Notes: generated by a model from the letters alone, not told the origin. 60,423 nt of DNA, filler included, from Nemertoderma westbladi (GCA_032718475.1; 2 parts of 2 records of this genome joined end to end with filler, not necessarily neighbours in it), one strand, 5' to 3'. Numbered from the whole stretch's first letter, positions 1 to 14,400 are shown. Translations and numbers: made by a program.

Positions 1-414
1 ACAACTGACCAGTGCTCTCCGTATGATGTCGTTTATCATAATCTGGCATGGGAACCCGACAGCGCTCGACCTGCAGGAATGTCCATGAATGATGGTAATG
101 TCATTCATGGATGGCTGCAGGAATGATAGTAATTATTTTCCACTATGATGTGCGTATAGAGTACTACGCTATCGATGTATGGAATGTATGAGAGGCTCCG
201 ATACTAATTTACTATACAGTCCAGGGAATCAATCATTATCGTGCACTGTATCTTGTTGCTGTTTACTCATGTTTTGTCAATGTAGTACAGCTCTCTGTAG
301 TATTCTGGAAGTAGCAGGCTGTCACAAAGATAAAACCAATAATATATAATAAGTCATATTTATGCAAAATCTCGGAACATACTAATTAGTAATTCACTTG
401 GTGTTTTTGAAGCC

Positions 415-1660
415 TCTCCCCAAGAAAGGAGACCTCGGCATACCAACAAACTATCGTGGGGATCAGTCTCCTTGTGGTAGCTGACAAAATATACAACAAA
501 ATAATTATATATAGAATTAGACCTCACATTGAGAAACTGCTGCGTATGAGCCAAAACGGATTCCGACCAAATAGATCAACAATAGCTCAGATAGCCTACT
601 AGCTCTGCGGAGTATGGTTTAAGGAATTTTAAGGAGATTAGAGCTTTCCTACAGTTCTAACGAATGCTCAAGAAAGCATTCGACTTCATCTAAAGAGGTA
701 AAGTGCATGAAATTCGGATAGCTTATGGAATACCAGAAGTCGCTGGCTTTGGATTGTTATATTGTGACATAGAATCTCGGGTACTCACTCCAGATGGTGA
801 AACTGAGTTATTCTCAATCCTGACTGGCGTACTGCAAGGTGACACATTGGCGCCATTACTATTACTATTTGTAATTGTACTGTATTACGCAATGAGAACG
901 GCCACAAAGGGTGACGATCTGGGATTCACACTACAAGAACGCAGAAGAAGTAGATCTCCGCCAACTACAGTGATAGACACCGACTTTGCGGATGACATCG
1001 ACCTGCTCTCTAATACGCTAGCAGATGCACAGCTTCTACTAAATAAAGTGGAGAGGGCTGCTAAGGATGTTGCATTGCATATAAATGCTACCAAGACCGA
1101 ATTCATGACTTTTAATGTTGATGGAAACTTGACCAAAATTTATAGTAATCCGCTAAGGAAAGTTGACGACTGGGTCGTCATGGATAGAAATAGAAGAACA
1201 AAAGGCAGAAAAGACATAGAAATTAGAAAAGCAAAAGTATTGGCAGCTCTGTCAAAAATGGATACCATCTGGAAATCAGATCTCCCCAGGCACCTAAAGA
1301 CTAAGTTCTTTCGAGCCACAGTGGAAAGTGTATTTTTATACGGGGGTGAGACCTGGACACTGACGAAATTATTTGAACAACGAATTGATGGTTGCTACAT
1401 CAAGACTACATTAAGGGCAGCCCTAAACATCAGCTGGAGACAACTCATGACAAACGCCGAGCTTTATGGTTCAATAACTACCTGTATCAACCACCCTCCG
1501 TGAACGCAGATTAAGATTCAGTGGGCACTGCTGAGCGAAGTAAAGACGAGGTCATACCAGATCTACTTCTCTGGCAACCAACTCATGGAAAGCGTAGTCG
1601 TGGACGACCGGCTATGACATATATAGACCAACCTGAAAGTGATACTGTTCGAACTCTGTC
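415..1660 (+). mobile_element. Degenerate 5'-truncated RTE-type non-LTR retrotransposon (RT and C-terminus)
   Basis: Translates across frameshifts as PKKGDL..NYRGISL..NGFRPNRST, GVLQGDTLAP, DFADDI, LYGGETW, then RFSGHC..LLWQPTHGKRSRGRP, which is typical of RTE/RTE-X ORF2; stops and frameshifts present. Confidence 0.85.
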
Positions 1661-2660
1661 GACCTAGCCGTATTATATAATGTTTGACAACCACGACTTT
1701 AGAGGGATGGTTTATAACACTGTAATATATCTTACATTGGTTTTATAGTACTTGTAGTTTCTTTTGGTGTAGTTTTCCTTGTGGTACAGTAGTTGGGTTG
1801 GGTTATGTAGCACTAAAATCATTTTGGCATTTCATTATATTTAATGGGCGTAGTGCCTGAGTACTAATCGTGGCCCAAGGGGCCCTAAAGGCTAGGTAGT
1901 ATCTGAGAGAATAAGACCCCATGTCCTATTTTATTGTGACCTAGTAGTGTATGGTAGTAGAAAAACATATTGAATTTTAAGCAAATGAATACTGTGAAAT
2001 TTATTGAATTTCACAGTATTTATTTGCTTAGAGTAAGTAGCGTGTAAGAAAATATTTCAATTTTTTCTAACTGCAAACAAAATAACAGACATTTAAGAAC
2101 AAACACAACACGATATTATAACTACAAATACATACCGCCATAAGTATAGGCCTAAGTCCCTCCTAAATCAATCAAAATACTTATTAATGTATTATTCTTT
2201 TAACTCATAAATAATTGTCATTGATACGGTATGAATGATTCGAGTATTATTGAGTATAAGTCAAAAAACTCGCATATGGATAGCGAAATATTTTTCATAT
2301 GAATACAACCTAAGGGCAAAAATTATCCCATTCATTATACCATTCAGTATAGGCCTACCATTCATATATGTAGAACAGTTATATTTATAGTAGTCCTATA
2401 TCTACGTACAATTAATAGGCCTAGGTCTACGCTTAGAGATAGAGGCACAACTAAAAATTAGGATGAGTAATAAATAGTATCTATTTAAAATATAACCTTA
2501 TTTATCTACAACTCCTCTGTTTAAGTAAATATTATGAAGTGTATATTGTTTAAATTCTTGATCATGACTCTATAGTTTAATCGTAATATTATTAATATAT
2601 TATATGTATACAATGTATAAATTTAATTGCGCCATTATTGCATTTTTAAACTCAAACAGA

Positions 2661-2678
2661 ATGTTAATTATGATCTTG
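2661..2678 (+). CDS. Exon 1 (MLIMIL) of Cys-rich secreted/membrane-anchored protein gene
   Basis: ATG at 2661 followed by perfect donor G|GTAAGT at 2679. The phase-0 join to exon 2 gives signal-peptide-like MLIMILFASILVSMCLC. TATAAA near 2616. Confidence 0.6.
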
Positions 2679-3080
2679 GTAAGTAACTTTTAGGCCTACA
2701 TTATATTTATTTTTGCTTTAGTTATTGTTATTATAATATTCATAATGGAATTTAGCGGACCAAGGACTTGTAATAACTGTTGCGATGTAACTGGTACAAT
2801 ATCGACGGAGACAATGTTTTAATTGTTTGAAGATAAATAAAGATTGATAGCGAAAATATAATTCTGACTCACGCAATAATGGGAGGGAGGTGAATCTATA
2901 TCTGTTAAATTCTAACATTTCCTGAGAGTCCTAAAAGCGCTTTTCCAACGTTGCTAAATTAAAAAAATATTGAATATTTATGTTTGCTTTGCTCATCTTA
3001 CACCCCCCCCCCCCCCCCTCTTCCTTTTTTAAAAATTTTTAAGCATTAATTTGAATTTGCTTATATACATACTGTCGTTC

Positions 3081-3910
3081 GCAGTAAGAAACAGTGCCGG
3101 TTAGGCCAGCAGTAAGAAACAGTGTCGGTTAGGCCAGCAGTAAGAAACAGTGCCGGTTAGGCTAACAGTAAGAAAGAGTGCCGGTTAGGCCTGCAGTAAG
3201 AAACAGTGCCGGTTAGGCCAGCAGTAAGAAACAGTGCCGGTTAGGCCAGCAGTAAGAAACAGTGCCGGTTAGGCCAGCAGTAAGAAACAGTGCCGGTTAG
3301 GCCAGTAGTAAGAAACAGTGCCGGTTAGGCCAGCAGTAAGAAACATTGCCGGTTAGGCCAGCAGTAAGAAACAGTGCCGGTTAGGTCAGCAGTAAGAAAC
3401 AGTGCCGGTTAGGCCAGCAGTAAGAAACGGTGCCGGTTAGGCCAGCAGTAAGAAACAGTGCCGGTTAGGCCAGCAGTAAGAAACAGTGCCGGTTAGGCCA
3501 GCAGTAAGAAACAGTGCCGGTTAGGCCAGCAGTAAGAAACAGTGCCGGTTAGGCCAGCAGTAAGACACAGTGCCGGTTAGGCCAGCAGTAAGAAACAGTG
3601 TCGGTTAGGCCAGCAGTAAGAAACAGTGCCGGTTAGGCCAGCAGTAAGAAACAGTGCCGGTTAGGCCAGCAGTAAGAAACAGTGCCGGTTAGGCCAGCAG
3701 TAAGAAACAGTGCCGGTTAGGCCAGCAGTAAGAAACAGTGCCGGTTAGGCCAGCAGTAAGAAACAGTGCCGGTTAGGCCAGCAGTAAGAAACAGTGCCGG
3801 TTAGGCCAGCAGTAAGACACAGTGCCCGTTAGGCCAGCAGTAAGAAACAGTGCCGGTTAGTTCAGCAGTAAGAAACAGTGCCGGTTAGGCCAGCAGTAAG
3901 AAACAGTGTC
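3081..3910 (+). repeat. 28-bp minisatellite (GCAGTAAGAAACAGTGCCGGTTAGGCCA), about 30 copies, intron 1
   Basis: Direct tandem repetition with few variants. Confidence 0.97.
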
Positions 3911-3996
3911 TGTCGAGCTATCATCCTCACATTCCCGTGTGATCAGTGAGAACTAATTGTCCTTTTTTATAAATAATTTTTATTTTTATTTTTTAG

Positions 3997-4219
3997 TTCG
4001 CATCTATTCTGGTGAGCATGTGTCTCTGCTACGAAGAGAAACTAAACGATAAATGTGAGATATTCGGAGAACTCGGGGACACTTGTCAACCGAATCTACA
4101 GTGTATCTACAAGGAATGGCGGACTGAGGGGTGGCGTTTAGCAACAATCAACGAAAAGGGAGTTTGTGGTTGTGTTGGGGTCGTTGATGGCAGTCAACTA
4201 TACATCGACGGAGCCTGTG
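3997..4219 (+). CDS. Exon 2 of Cys-rich protein gene (signal peptide end plus 6-Cys EB/EGF-like module)
   Basis: T-rich acceptor ttttag|TTC, donor G|GTATGT (phase 1); FASILVSMCLCYEEKLNDKC...CQPNLQC...GVCGC...DGAC. Confidence 0.8.
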
Positions 4220-5019
4220 GTATGTGCTGCTGCTTTCTTAGATTCAAGTTGAAAATTTTGTGAAAAGTCACAACTATAATAATGATTTTATTTTTAAATT
4301 GTTACTTATTTGACCGAATATTCCTCAATATTGGGAGAAAAAGGAGTACTTTTTCCCTCTATGGAAACAAGTAACCCACAGGACTGCATTGGTTTTACTT
4401 TTTACCCGGTGAAAAAAGCTACATAATTTAAATAAGAGAATGTGAAAATATTTTTGTTGGAATTTTTATATTTTTGAATACGTTGGATATGTATATATAT
4501 ATAGTTTGCAACTTTAGTGTCTTCAAGGCTAACTCCAAAACGGAACTCAATATCCAAGGTAGATTTAATGTAGTCAAGCGGCTCTCTACTTGCGTAATGA
4601 ATATTCAAAAATATTAAATTTTTTTAATTTATTGAGAAAAGCAACACCTGAGTAGAAGAGTATAGCAATTGGAATCGCATTATGTATATGGATATTAAAA
4701 TACCATAGTTCAATACCTTTTGTAAAACTATATTTTATATTAAAGAATTAAGCAACAAAAAGTTGCAATTTGGAAATAAAATTACGTATTACGTAGGAAA
4801 ATATCGGATAAATTTGTTTCACTATCAATATCTCTCGACTATTAACCTCGATGGGGCTTGGTAAATGAAATACCGCGAGAATAGTGGAAAACAAGTTATA
4901 CAGCTCGCACCATCTGCCTGTTGCGCATAGTTGCTGTCGGTGTGGCAAACCAGTCACATAGGGTGGGCTAAGCGGTTTATCATGTCGCATTAACGCTAGT
5001 CGACACATCAGACACTCGG

Positions 5020-8000
5020 GCGACCCCAGGTCGCACCGCTCCCTCCTCCAGTGTCGGGTTACCCTCGGCTCATGGACGACCCCAGGTCGCACCGCTCCCT
5101 CCTCCAGTGTCGGGTTACCGTCGGCTCATGGACGACCCCAGGTCGCACCGCTCCCTCCTCCAGTGTCGGGTTACCCTCGGCTCATGGACGACCCCAGGTC
5201 GCACCGCTCCCTCCTCCAGTGTCGGGTTACCCTCGGCTCATGGACGACCCCAGGTCGCACCGCTCCCTCCTCCAGTGTCGGGTTACCCTCGGCTCATGGA
5301 CGACCCCAGGTCGCACTGCTCCCTCCTCCAGTGTCGGGTTACCCTCGGCTCATGGACGACCCTAGGTCGCACCGCTCCCTCCTCCAGGGACTGAGTTACC
5401 CTCGGCTCATGGACGACCCCAGGTCGCACCGCTCCCTCCTCCAGTGTCGGGTTACCCTCGGCTCATGGACGACCCCAGGTCGCAACGCTCCCTCCTCCAG
5501 GGACTGAGTTACCCTCGGCTCATGGACGACCCCAGGTCGCACCGCTCCCTCCTCCAGTGTCGGGTTACCCTCGGCTCATGGACGACCCCAGGTCGCACCG
5601 CTCCCTCCTCCAGTGTCGGGTTACCCTCGGCTCATGGACGACCCCAGGTCGCACCGCTCCCTCCTCCAGTGTCGGGTTACCCTCGGCTCATGGACGACCC
5701 CAGGTCGCACCGCTCCCTCCTCCAGTGTCAGGTTACCCTCGGCTCATGGACAACCCCAGGTCGCACCGCTCCTTCCTCCAGTGTCAGGTTACCGTCGGCT
5801 CATGGATGACCCAAGGTCGCACCGCTCCCTCCTCCAGTGTCGGGTTACCCTCGGCTCATGGACGACCCCAGGTCGCACCGCTCCCTCCTCCAGTGTCAGG
5901 TTACCCTCGGCTCATGGACGACCCCAGGTAGCACCGCTCCTTCCTCCAGTGTCGGGTTACCGTCGGCTCATGGATGACCCAAGGTCGCACCGCTCCCTCC
6001 TCCAGTGTCGGGTTACCCTCGGCTCATGGACGACCCCCAGGTCGCACCGCTCCCTCCTCCAGTGTCGGGTTACCCTCGGCTCATGGACGACCCCAGGTAG
6101 CACCGCTCCTTCCTCCAGTGTCGGGTTACCGTCGGCTCATGGATGACCCAAGGTCGCACCGCTCCCTCCTCCAGTGTCGGGTTACCCTCGGCTCATGGAC
6201 GATTCCAGGTCGCACCGCTCCCTCCTCCAGTGTCGGGTTACCCTCGGCTCATGGACGACCCCAGGTCGCACCGCTCCCTCCTTCAGTGTCGGGTTACCCT
6301 CGGCTCATGGACGACCCCAGGTCGCACCGCTCCCTCCTCGAGTGTCGGGTTACCCACGGCTCATGGACGACCCCAGGTCACACCGCTCCCTCCTCCAGTG
6401 TCGGGTTACCCTCGGCTCATGGACGACCCCAAGTCGCACCGCTCCCTTGTTCAGTGTCGGGTTACCCTCGGCTCATGGACGACCCCAGGTCGCACCGCTC
6501 CCTCCTCCAGTGTCGGGTTACCCTCGGCTCGTGGACGACCCCAGGTCGCACCGCTCCCTCCTCCAGTGTTGGGTTACCCTCGGCTCATGGACGACCCTAG
6601 GTCGTACCGCTCCCTCCTCCAGTGTCGGGTTACCCTCGGATCATGGACGACCCCAGGTCGCACCGCTCCCTCCTCCAGTGTCGGGTTACCCTCGGCTCAT
6701 GGACGACTCCAGGTCGCACCGCTCCCTCCTTCAGTGTCGGGTTACCCTCGGCTCATGGACGACCCCAGGTCGCACCGCTCCCTCCTCCAGTGTCGGGTTA
6801 CCCTCGGCTCATGGACGACCCCAGGTCGCACCGCTCCCTCCTCCAGTGTCGGGTTACCCTCGGCTCATGGACGACCCCAGGTCGCACCGCTCCCTCCTCC
6901 AGTGTCGGGTTACCCTCGGCTCATGGACGACCCCAGGTCGCACCGCTCCCTCCTTCAGTGTCGGGTTACCCTCGGCTCGTGGACGACCCCAGGTCGCACC
7001 GCTCCCTCCTCCAGTGTTGGGTTACCCTCGGCTCATGGACGACCCTAGGTCGCACCGCTCCCTCCTCCAGTGTCGGGTTACCCTCGGATCATGGACGACC
7101 CCAGGTCGCACCGCTCCCTCCTCCAGTGTCGGGTTACCCTCGGCTCATGGACGACCCCAGGTCGCACCGCTCCCTCCTCCAGGGACTGAGTTACCCTCGG
7201 CTCATGGACGACCCCAGGTCGCACCGCTCCCTCCTCCAGTGTCGGGTTACCCTCGGCTCATGGACGACCCCAGGTCGCACCGCTCCCGCCTTCAGTGTCG
7301 GGTTACCCTCGGCTCATGGATGACCCCAGGTCGCACCGTTCCCTCCTCCAGTGTCGGGTTACCCTCGGCTCATGGACGACCCCAGGTCGCACCGCTCCCT
7401 CCTCCACTGTCGGGTTACCCTCGGCTCATGGACGACCCCAGGTCGCACCGCTCCCTCCTCCAGTGTCGGGTTACCCTCGGCTCATGGACGACCCCAGGTC
7501 GCAACGCTCCCTCCTCCAGGGACTGAGTTACCCTCGGCTCATAGACGACCCCAGGTCGCACCGCTCCCTCCTCCAGTGTCGGGTTACCCTCGGCTCATGG
7601 ACGATCCCAGGTCGCACCGCTCCCTCCTCCAGTGTCGGGTTACCCTCGGCTCATGGACGACCCCAGGTCGCACCGCTCCCTCCTTCAGTGTCGGGTTACC
7701 CTCGGCTCATGGACGACCCCAGGTCGCTCCGCTCCCTCCTCCAGGGACTGAGTTACCCTCGGCTCATGGACGACCCCAGGTCGCACCGCTCCCCCCTCCA
7801 GTGTCGGGTTACCCTCGGCTCATGGACGACCCCAGGTCGCACCGCTCCCTCCTTTAGTGTCGGGTTACCCTCGGCTCATGGATGACCCCAGGTCGCACCG
7901 TTCCCTCCTCCAGTGTCGGGTTACCCTCGGCTCATGGACGACCCCAGGTCTCACCGCTCCCTCCTCCAGTGTCGGGTTACCCTCGGCTCATGGACGACCC

Positions 8001-8476
8001 CAGGTCGCACCACTCCCTCCTCCAGTGTCGGGTTACCCTCGGCTCATGGACGACCCCAGGTCGCACCGCTCCCTCCTCCAGTGTCGGGTTACCCTCGGCT
8101 CATGGACGACCCCAGGTCGCACCGCTCCCTCCTCCAGTGTCGGGTTACCCTCGGCTCATGGACGACCCCAGGTCGCACCGCTCCCTCCTCCAGTGACTGG
8201 GTTACCCTCGGCTCATGGGCGACCCCAGGTCGCACCGCTCCCTCCTCCAGTGACTGAGTTACCCTCGGCTCATGGACGACCCCAGGTCGCACCTCTCCCT
8301 CCTCCAGTGTCGGGTTACCCTCGGCTCATGGACGACCCCCAGGTCGCACCGCTCCATCCTCCAGTGTCGGGTTACCCTCGGCTCATGGACGACCCCAGGT
8401 CGCACCGCTCCCTCCTCCAGTGTCGGGTTACCCTCGTCTCATGGACGACCCCAGGTCGCACCGCTCCCTCCTTCAG
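5020..8476 (+). repeat. 56-bp GC-rich minisatellite, about 60 copies, intron 2
   Basis: Unit GACGACCCCAGGTCGCACCGCTCCCTCCTCCAGTGTCGGGTTACCCTCGGCTCATG with an occasional 57-bp GGGACTGAG variant; accounts for all repetitive ORFs here. Confidence 0.97.
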
Positions 8477-8738
8477 CGTCTCCGAATCGCCATCCATATC
8501 GGAAATGCCACACAAATGTACTGTGGATTTCAACTGAGGAGGATTTTAGAGTAGTTGTAACATTTTCCATTCCATTTTAGTCGTACCTTATAGTACTATC
8601 CTATCTTATTTTATTAGTCAAATATATCAGCTCCTTCGTTTTTCGTGTCAGTCCTTTCACATTTGGACTTATTTGTATTACTCGACAAAGACTGTTATAA
8701 TTGTAAGTTGTATTTTTCAAATGATTCTCATATTCTAG

Positions 8739-8900
8739 TTGCCACAAAATGCGTTCATTGCGAAACGGCTGGTGGATATGAATGTGCTGCGAATATCAGC
8801 GACAACTCTAGGACGTGTTTTTGCAATACCTCGGAAATCTTAGACATGGATCTGTTATTTAATGGAACCGGGTTTAATTGCAAAAAAATTTCGGAACCAG
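8739..8900 (+). CDS. Exon 3 of Cys-rich protein gene (phase 1-1, 54 codons)
   Basis: Acceptor attctag|TT, donor CAG|GTAAAT; ATKCVHC...ECAANIS...TCFCNTS...FNGTGFNCKK with three N-glycosylation sequons; frame-compatible with exons 2 and 4. Confidence 0.8.
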
Positions 8901-9454
8901 GTAAATTATGTTTGTAATATAGTTTTTAATATTAGTTAATTAAGCAAGTTCAGTGCCATATCTTACCGGTGTAAGTTTGTACAGCAGTTTATTACAACCA
9001 AAAACGTAATTGCGACATACATAGACTTTTCTTGCAGACAGCTGAGCGTATAGGTAGGTTTTTGTTTCTAAAGAGAAGTCATTCTCAAAAGGCAAATAAA
9101 GGAAATAACACAAGGGTGAAGTTCCAAAATTGAAAACGAAAGTGAATTGAAACTAAGAGAGAAGCATATCATACTGTACCGTATCTAACCGCTGGGATGC
9201 AGCACTACAAACTTGCGACATTCACGTTTCTGCTTGCTTGTTCAGAACTGGCAAAAGTATATTCTAGTAGTAAAATTAGATAAAATAAAATAAAATATAA
9301 AGCATATCTTAATTACAAATGTAAATTATTTTGTAGTTGAGTTATATAAAGTATATTATATTTTAATAATAAAAGTTAATTGTAGTTATGTAAGTACAGT
9401 AGATTCTATTTGTAAAATTAGATTCTAGTGATTAAAAGTAGAATCAACATTTTT

Positions 9455-10639
9455 GATTACGGATTTATTTGGGCAGTAAGTAGTCACCACTCTCTATTTT
9501 TTGTTTACGGATTTAGTTGGGCAGTAAGTAGTCACTCTCTATTTTTTGTTTACGGGTTTAGTTGGGCAGTAAGTAGTCACTCTCTATTTTTTGTTTACGG
9601 ATTTAGTTGGGCAGTAAGTAGTCACTCTCTATTTTTTGTTTACGGATTTAGTTGGGCAGTAAGTAGTCACTCTCTATTTTTTGTTTACGGATTTAGTTGG
9701 GCAGTAAGTAGTCACTCTCTATTTTTTGTTTACGGATTTAGTTGGGCAGTAAGTAGTCACTCTCTATTTTTTGTTTACGGAATTAGTTGGGCAGTAAGTA
9801 GTCACTCTCTATTTTTTGTTTACGGATTTAGTTGGGCAGTAAGTAGTCACTCTCTATTTTTTGTTTACGGATTTAGTTGGGCAGTAAGTAGTCACTCTCT
9901 ATTTTTTGTTTACGGAATTAGTTGGGCAGTAAGTAGTCACTCTCTATTTTTTGTTTACGGATTTAGTTGGGCAGTAAGTAGTCACTCTCTATTTTTTGTT
10001 TACGGATTTAGTTGGGCAGTAAGTAGTCACTCTCTATTTTTTGTTTACGGATTTAGTTGGGCAGTAAGTAGTCACTCTCTATTTTTTGTTTACGGATTTA
10101 GTTGGGCAGTAAGTAGTCACTCTCTATTTTTTGTTTACGGAATTAGTTGGGCAGTAAGTAGTCACTCTCTATTTTTTGTTTACGGATTTAGTTGGGCAGT
10201 AAGTAGTCACTCTCTATTTTTTGTTTACGGATTTAGTTGGGCAGTAAGTAGTCACTCTCTATTTTTTGTTTACGGATTTAGTTGGGCAGTAAGTAGTCAC
10301 TCTCTATTTTTTGTTTACGGATTTAGTTGGGCAGTAAGTAGTCACTCTATATTTTTTGTTTACGGATTTAGTTGGGCAGTAAGTAGTCACTCTCTATTTT
10401 TTGTTTACGGATTTAGTTGGGCAGTAAGTAGTCACTCTCTATTTTTTGTTTACGGATTTAGTTGGGCAGTAAGTAGTCACTCTCTATTTTTTGTTTACGG
10501 AATTAGTTGGGCAGTAAGTAGTCACTCTCTATTTTTTGTTTACGGATTTAGTTGGGCAGTAAGTAGTCACTCTCTATTTTTTGTTTACGGATTTATTTGG
10601 GGAGTAAGTAGTCACTCTCTATTTTTTGTTTACGGATTT
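9455..10639 (+). repeat. 45-bp minisatellite, left part (interrupted by LTR element)
   Basis: Unit ATTTAGTTGGGCAGTAAGTAGTCACTCTCTATTTTTTGTTTACGG, about 26 copies. Confidence 0.97.
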
Positions 10640-11090
10640 TGTCATAAAATATATATATTCAAGTAGGGAAATAAAGTTTGTTTTCGTTAATGATTTAATG
10701 TTAATGTGCATAGTACAGTAGTTGGCAACAGCAGGGGTTCATTGACATCAACTCATACATTATATCATTGATATACATACAGTATCGTCTATATTATTAA
10801 CTATTGTTTGTACAACGCTAGAATTACCTCATCGTTAGGAAGACATGCCCCTGCTGTTCGTCCTAATTAAAAGGGTCAATTAGTATTGCTACAATAATAG
10901 GAGTATACATAGAGTGTTGGTGCGGTGATGGTAAAACCAGTTGCTAATTGTCGTTGTAATATGTGTCATTTTTGTAATTAGTTAGTTAATTATTAAATTA
11001 GAGAAATATGTAATCATAATATTGTGTTTTTTAAACTGTTCATGGGCGGTTCAACAATCAGAAGAATATACATTCATCCCGTTCATGACA
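10640..11090 (+). repeat. 5' LTR of BEL/Pao element 1
   Basis: Direct repeat of 17316-17766; no differences seen by eye. Confidence 0.97.
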
Positions 11091-11100
11091 TGGCGCCCGA
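11091..11100 (+). promoter_or_regulatory. Primer-binding site TGGCGCCCGA (tRNA-Lys type)
   Basis: Immediately 3' of the LTR; matches the first 10 nt of the tRNA-Lys3 PBS TGGCGCCCGAACAGGGAC. Confidence 0.85.
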
Positions 11101-11410
11101 TGTTAAACGGCAGTAATATTCAACTGGGTAAGTCAAACTTCATTAGGAATACAGAATCACAGTAATTATACTGTGATAATTATATTTGCGTTGGTGTCTT
11201 CTATCTAATTGCAACAACCAAGGACAATATGAAATTATCGAAATCTGTTAATGCAAATTAGCGTCAACTACAGTAACTTCATAAATGTTTGACTTACTCA
11301 ATTGTACTGGTACGTTACAGTAAGCACCAGTGCGACGCAAAACAGGATTGCTTCTGTCGCTTACATATTAATTCACAGGTTCAACACACGATTTCCCAAC
11401 ATCAGCAAAC

Positions 11411-14400
11411 ATGTCAGAAATGGACGGGGAATTAACACAACTCAAACGTTCTCGTGGAATACTACGGGGAAAAGTCACTAGAGCGCAGAAGAGACTGAAT
11501 ACGCAACTTGACGAAGCTGAGAGGACAACATTGATGGAGACGTTTAAAGATTTGAATCAACGACTCTTAGAGGCCGATATGCAAATCGGTATACAGCTCG
11601 AAGATGACGAAATGGAAAGCGATCTGGACTATTCAGATGAGTATCAAACAATAATAAACAATGCAATTGCTTTCTTACGCAAGTCACTACCCACCAATCA
11701 GCATCATGCTGGTTATCACTCAAATACCACACTCAATGAACCTAGTTTTCAAGGTGTACATAATTCAACAGAATACATGTCCCACTTATCTATAATTCAA
11801 AATCAAACAGAAGGGAGAGTTTTAGCACGTTCAATGCTGTCCAAACTAAAACCCCCTACATTTGGTGGTAATTTGTTGGATTTCAAAGGCTGGCATGAAG
11901 CATTTCTCACAGCTATTGATGAAGCACAGGTGCCTGATGTTATAAAATTTCAGTACCTACGTCAGAGTCTCAAGGGCGAAGCCCTTAAGACTGTTGGAGG
12001 GCTAGCAGTAAACGGAACTAATTATTCAATAGCCATGAAATTATTAACTGAAAGATTTGGCAATGAAAGACAAATTATCAGGGCACACATAGAGCAAATA
12101 AGAGCCATTAGAAAAACCAAAACAACGTTACGAGAAATTTATGATCATTGCCAATCGCATGCAAGGGCTTTAGAAGCACTAGGTGTTTCAACTGACAAAT
12201 ATGAGCTGACAGTAGTTCCAGATGTGTTAGCTGCACTTCCAGAGAGAATTGCACTAAGATTTTGTCGTAAAAATAAAGATAAAGTTGAAAACCTTGAATG
12301 GATAATGGAACAAATCAAGGGGGAGTTGGAAGCTCATGAAATGCTATCCAATACAATAAACCCACCCCATTCAATAGACACTTCGTTGAGCAGTGATGGC
12401 CAAAACAGCTATCAACAATCGGTAGAAACCCCCAATGCACCCTTTCGTGATAAACATAAGGAAAAACACGTCAACAGACACACATACGGCGCAACAGCTG
12501 CTAATTTTGTGGCTAGTGTAACAAATGATGGAAAGGCTCACTTAAATGCCCAGTCGAGATCAGGTACAGCAAAATTGGGATCAAAACAAACAATTGTACC
12601 AGATTGTTTGTTTTGTAGACAAATTCATTACTCAGCTGATTGTTCGACAGTAACTGACCCTTTGGAAAGAAAGGAAATACTAAAAGAAAAAGGCCGTTGC
12701 TATATATGTTTAAGCAAAGAGCATATGGCAAATAAATGCCAATCGGTAAAACAATGCAAATTTTGCAACAATCGTTTTCACCATCCTGCAATCTGCCTGA
12801 AACGAGGTGTAGGCCCACAACGTCAATCTACAGTACTTGTTACTTCAACAGAAACAACCAATACACAACTGGAAATACCAAAACCTACAAATATTACGTT
12901 GTCATCCACAACAAATTCTAACACAACCTTACAAACGGCGACAATCAATGCATACGATGACCAAAATAACGTTTTTACTATCAATTCTTTGTTCGATCCC
13001 GGCGCTCAACGCACTTTTATTTTACGGGAAGTGCTCGAACGACATTCATTAACAGTGATAGGAAGTGAAGTATTGGCACCGCAAGGTTTTGGATCAAGTG
13101 CAAAAGCTTCGGAATGTTTCACAATTGTTGAAATAAAATTACAGTTGAGGAATTTGGAATTTGGAACAATTAAAGCATTAGTTATAGAAAAGATTTGTGA
13201 TCCAATCTACAACATGGTTCCACATAACGTTATAAAACAAAGTAAAACGCTAAGCTCTCTGCAATTAGCAGACGCAACTGTAACCAATGCTGCATTGTTT
13301 AAAATCGAGCTTTTAATAGGTGTTGACGAGTATTGGAACATAGTTTCAGGTTCCATAATTCGGGGCGCCCAAAACGAGCCGGTGGCCATAGACAGCGCCG
13401 TGGGCTGGTTATTATCCGGCCCCGCATATATCCCTGACTACGAGGAAACTCTTGTAATCAAATCGAACCAACACCTTTCCCCATCAACCACCTTAACGCT
13501 TGAATCGCGGTTGATTGCAAACCAATGTGTTGACATCGGTGACTCAGTTAAAGATCCTGAGTCACAAATTCTAACTATGTTAAAACTATTCTGGTCCCTA
13601 GAGTCAATCGGAATTACAACACTTGGCGAAGAACTCAAACCCATAATAACTGACATTAAATTCAAAGACGGAAAGTACGTAGTTCGTTTACCATGGAAGT
13701 TGGATCCATTCCAATTACCAGAACACTACCATAGATGCGCTACTCAACTGAAATCACTCATAACGAAATTGTCAAAAACTGGGTTGTTGATTAGCTACAA
13801 TGACGTCATTGAGGACCACTTCAGTAAAGGGTATGTTGAGCTAGTCGATATTACGCAGCCGACTACCAATCCAATTCACTATGTACCTCATCATGGGGTA
13901 ATAAAAGAAACACGCCAGACAACAAAACTCAGAGTGGTATTCAACGCGTCAGCTATAGACACAAAGTACGGCATTAGTTTAAATTCATGTTTGAATTACG
14001 GTCCTAATTTCTTACCATTATTGTTTCAAGTATTAGTACGTCTTAGAACCAACCGCATTGCAATAGTCGCTGACATTGAAGCAGCATTTATGCAATGCGT
14101 AATACATCCTGACGATAGAGATATGCTACGTTTTCTTTGGGTTAAAGACATAAATGACATCGATGTAAATAACCCAAAATTGCAAGCATATCGCTATACG
14201 CGGGCGATGTTTGGACTCTCGCCATCACCAGATATTTTATTTTCTATTGTCAGGAAACATTTACAAAGTAAATTAGATACTGCCAACGAAAACAAACGTA
14301 TTGTAATTGAAAAACTATTGCGGGATATGTATGTAGATGACTTTGCGTCTGGTGCAGACACTGTGTCGTCTGGTCTTCTCTTGTATGAGAATGCAAAGCA

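Noticed and set aside
5051-8580. Many overlapping long ORFs (MSGYPRLMDDPRSH...)
   Set aside because: Translation of a stop-poor 56-bp tandem repeat in all frames, inside an intron.
9428-10666. 412-aa hydrophobic repeat ORF (FSWAVSSHSLFFVYG)n
   Set aside because: The 45-bp unit lacks a stop in one frame by chance; no ATG start, and an LTR element splits the array.
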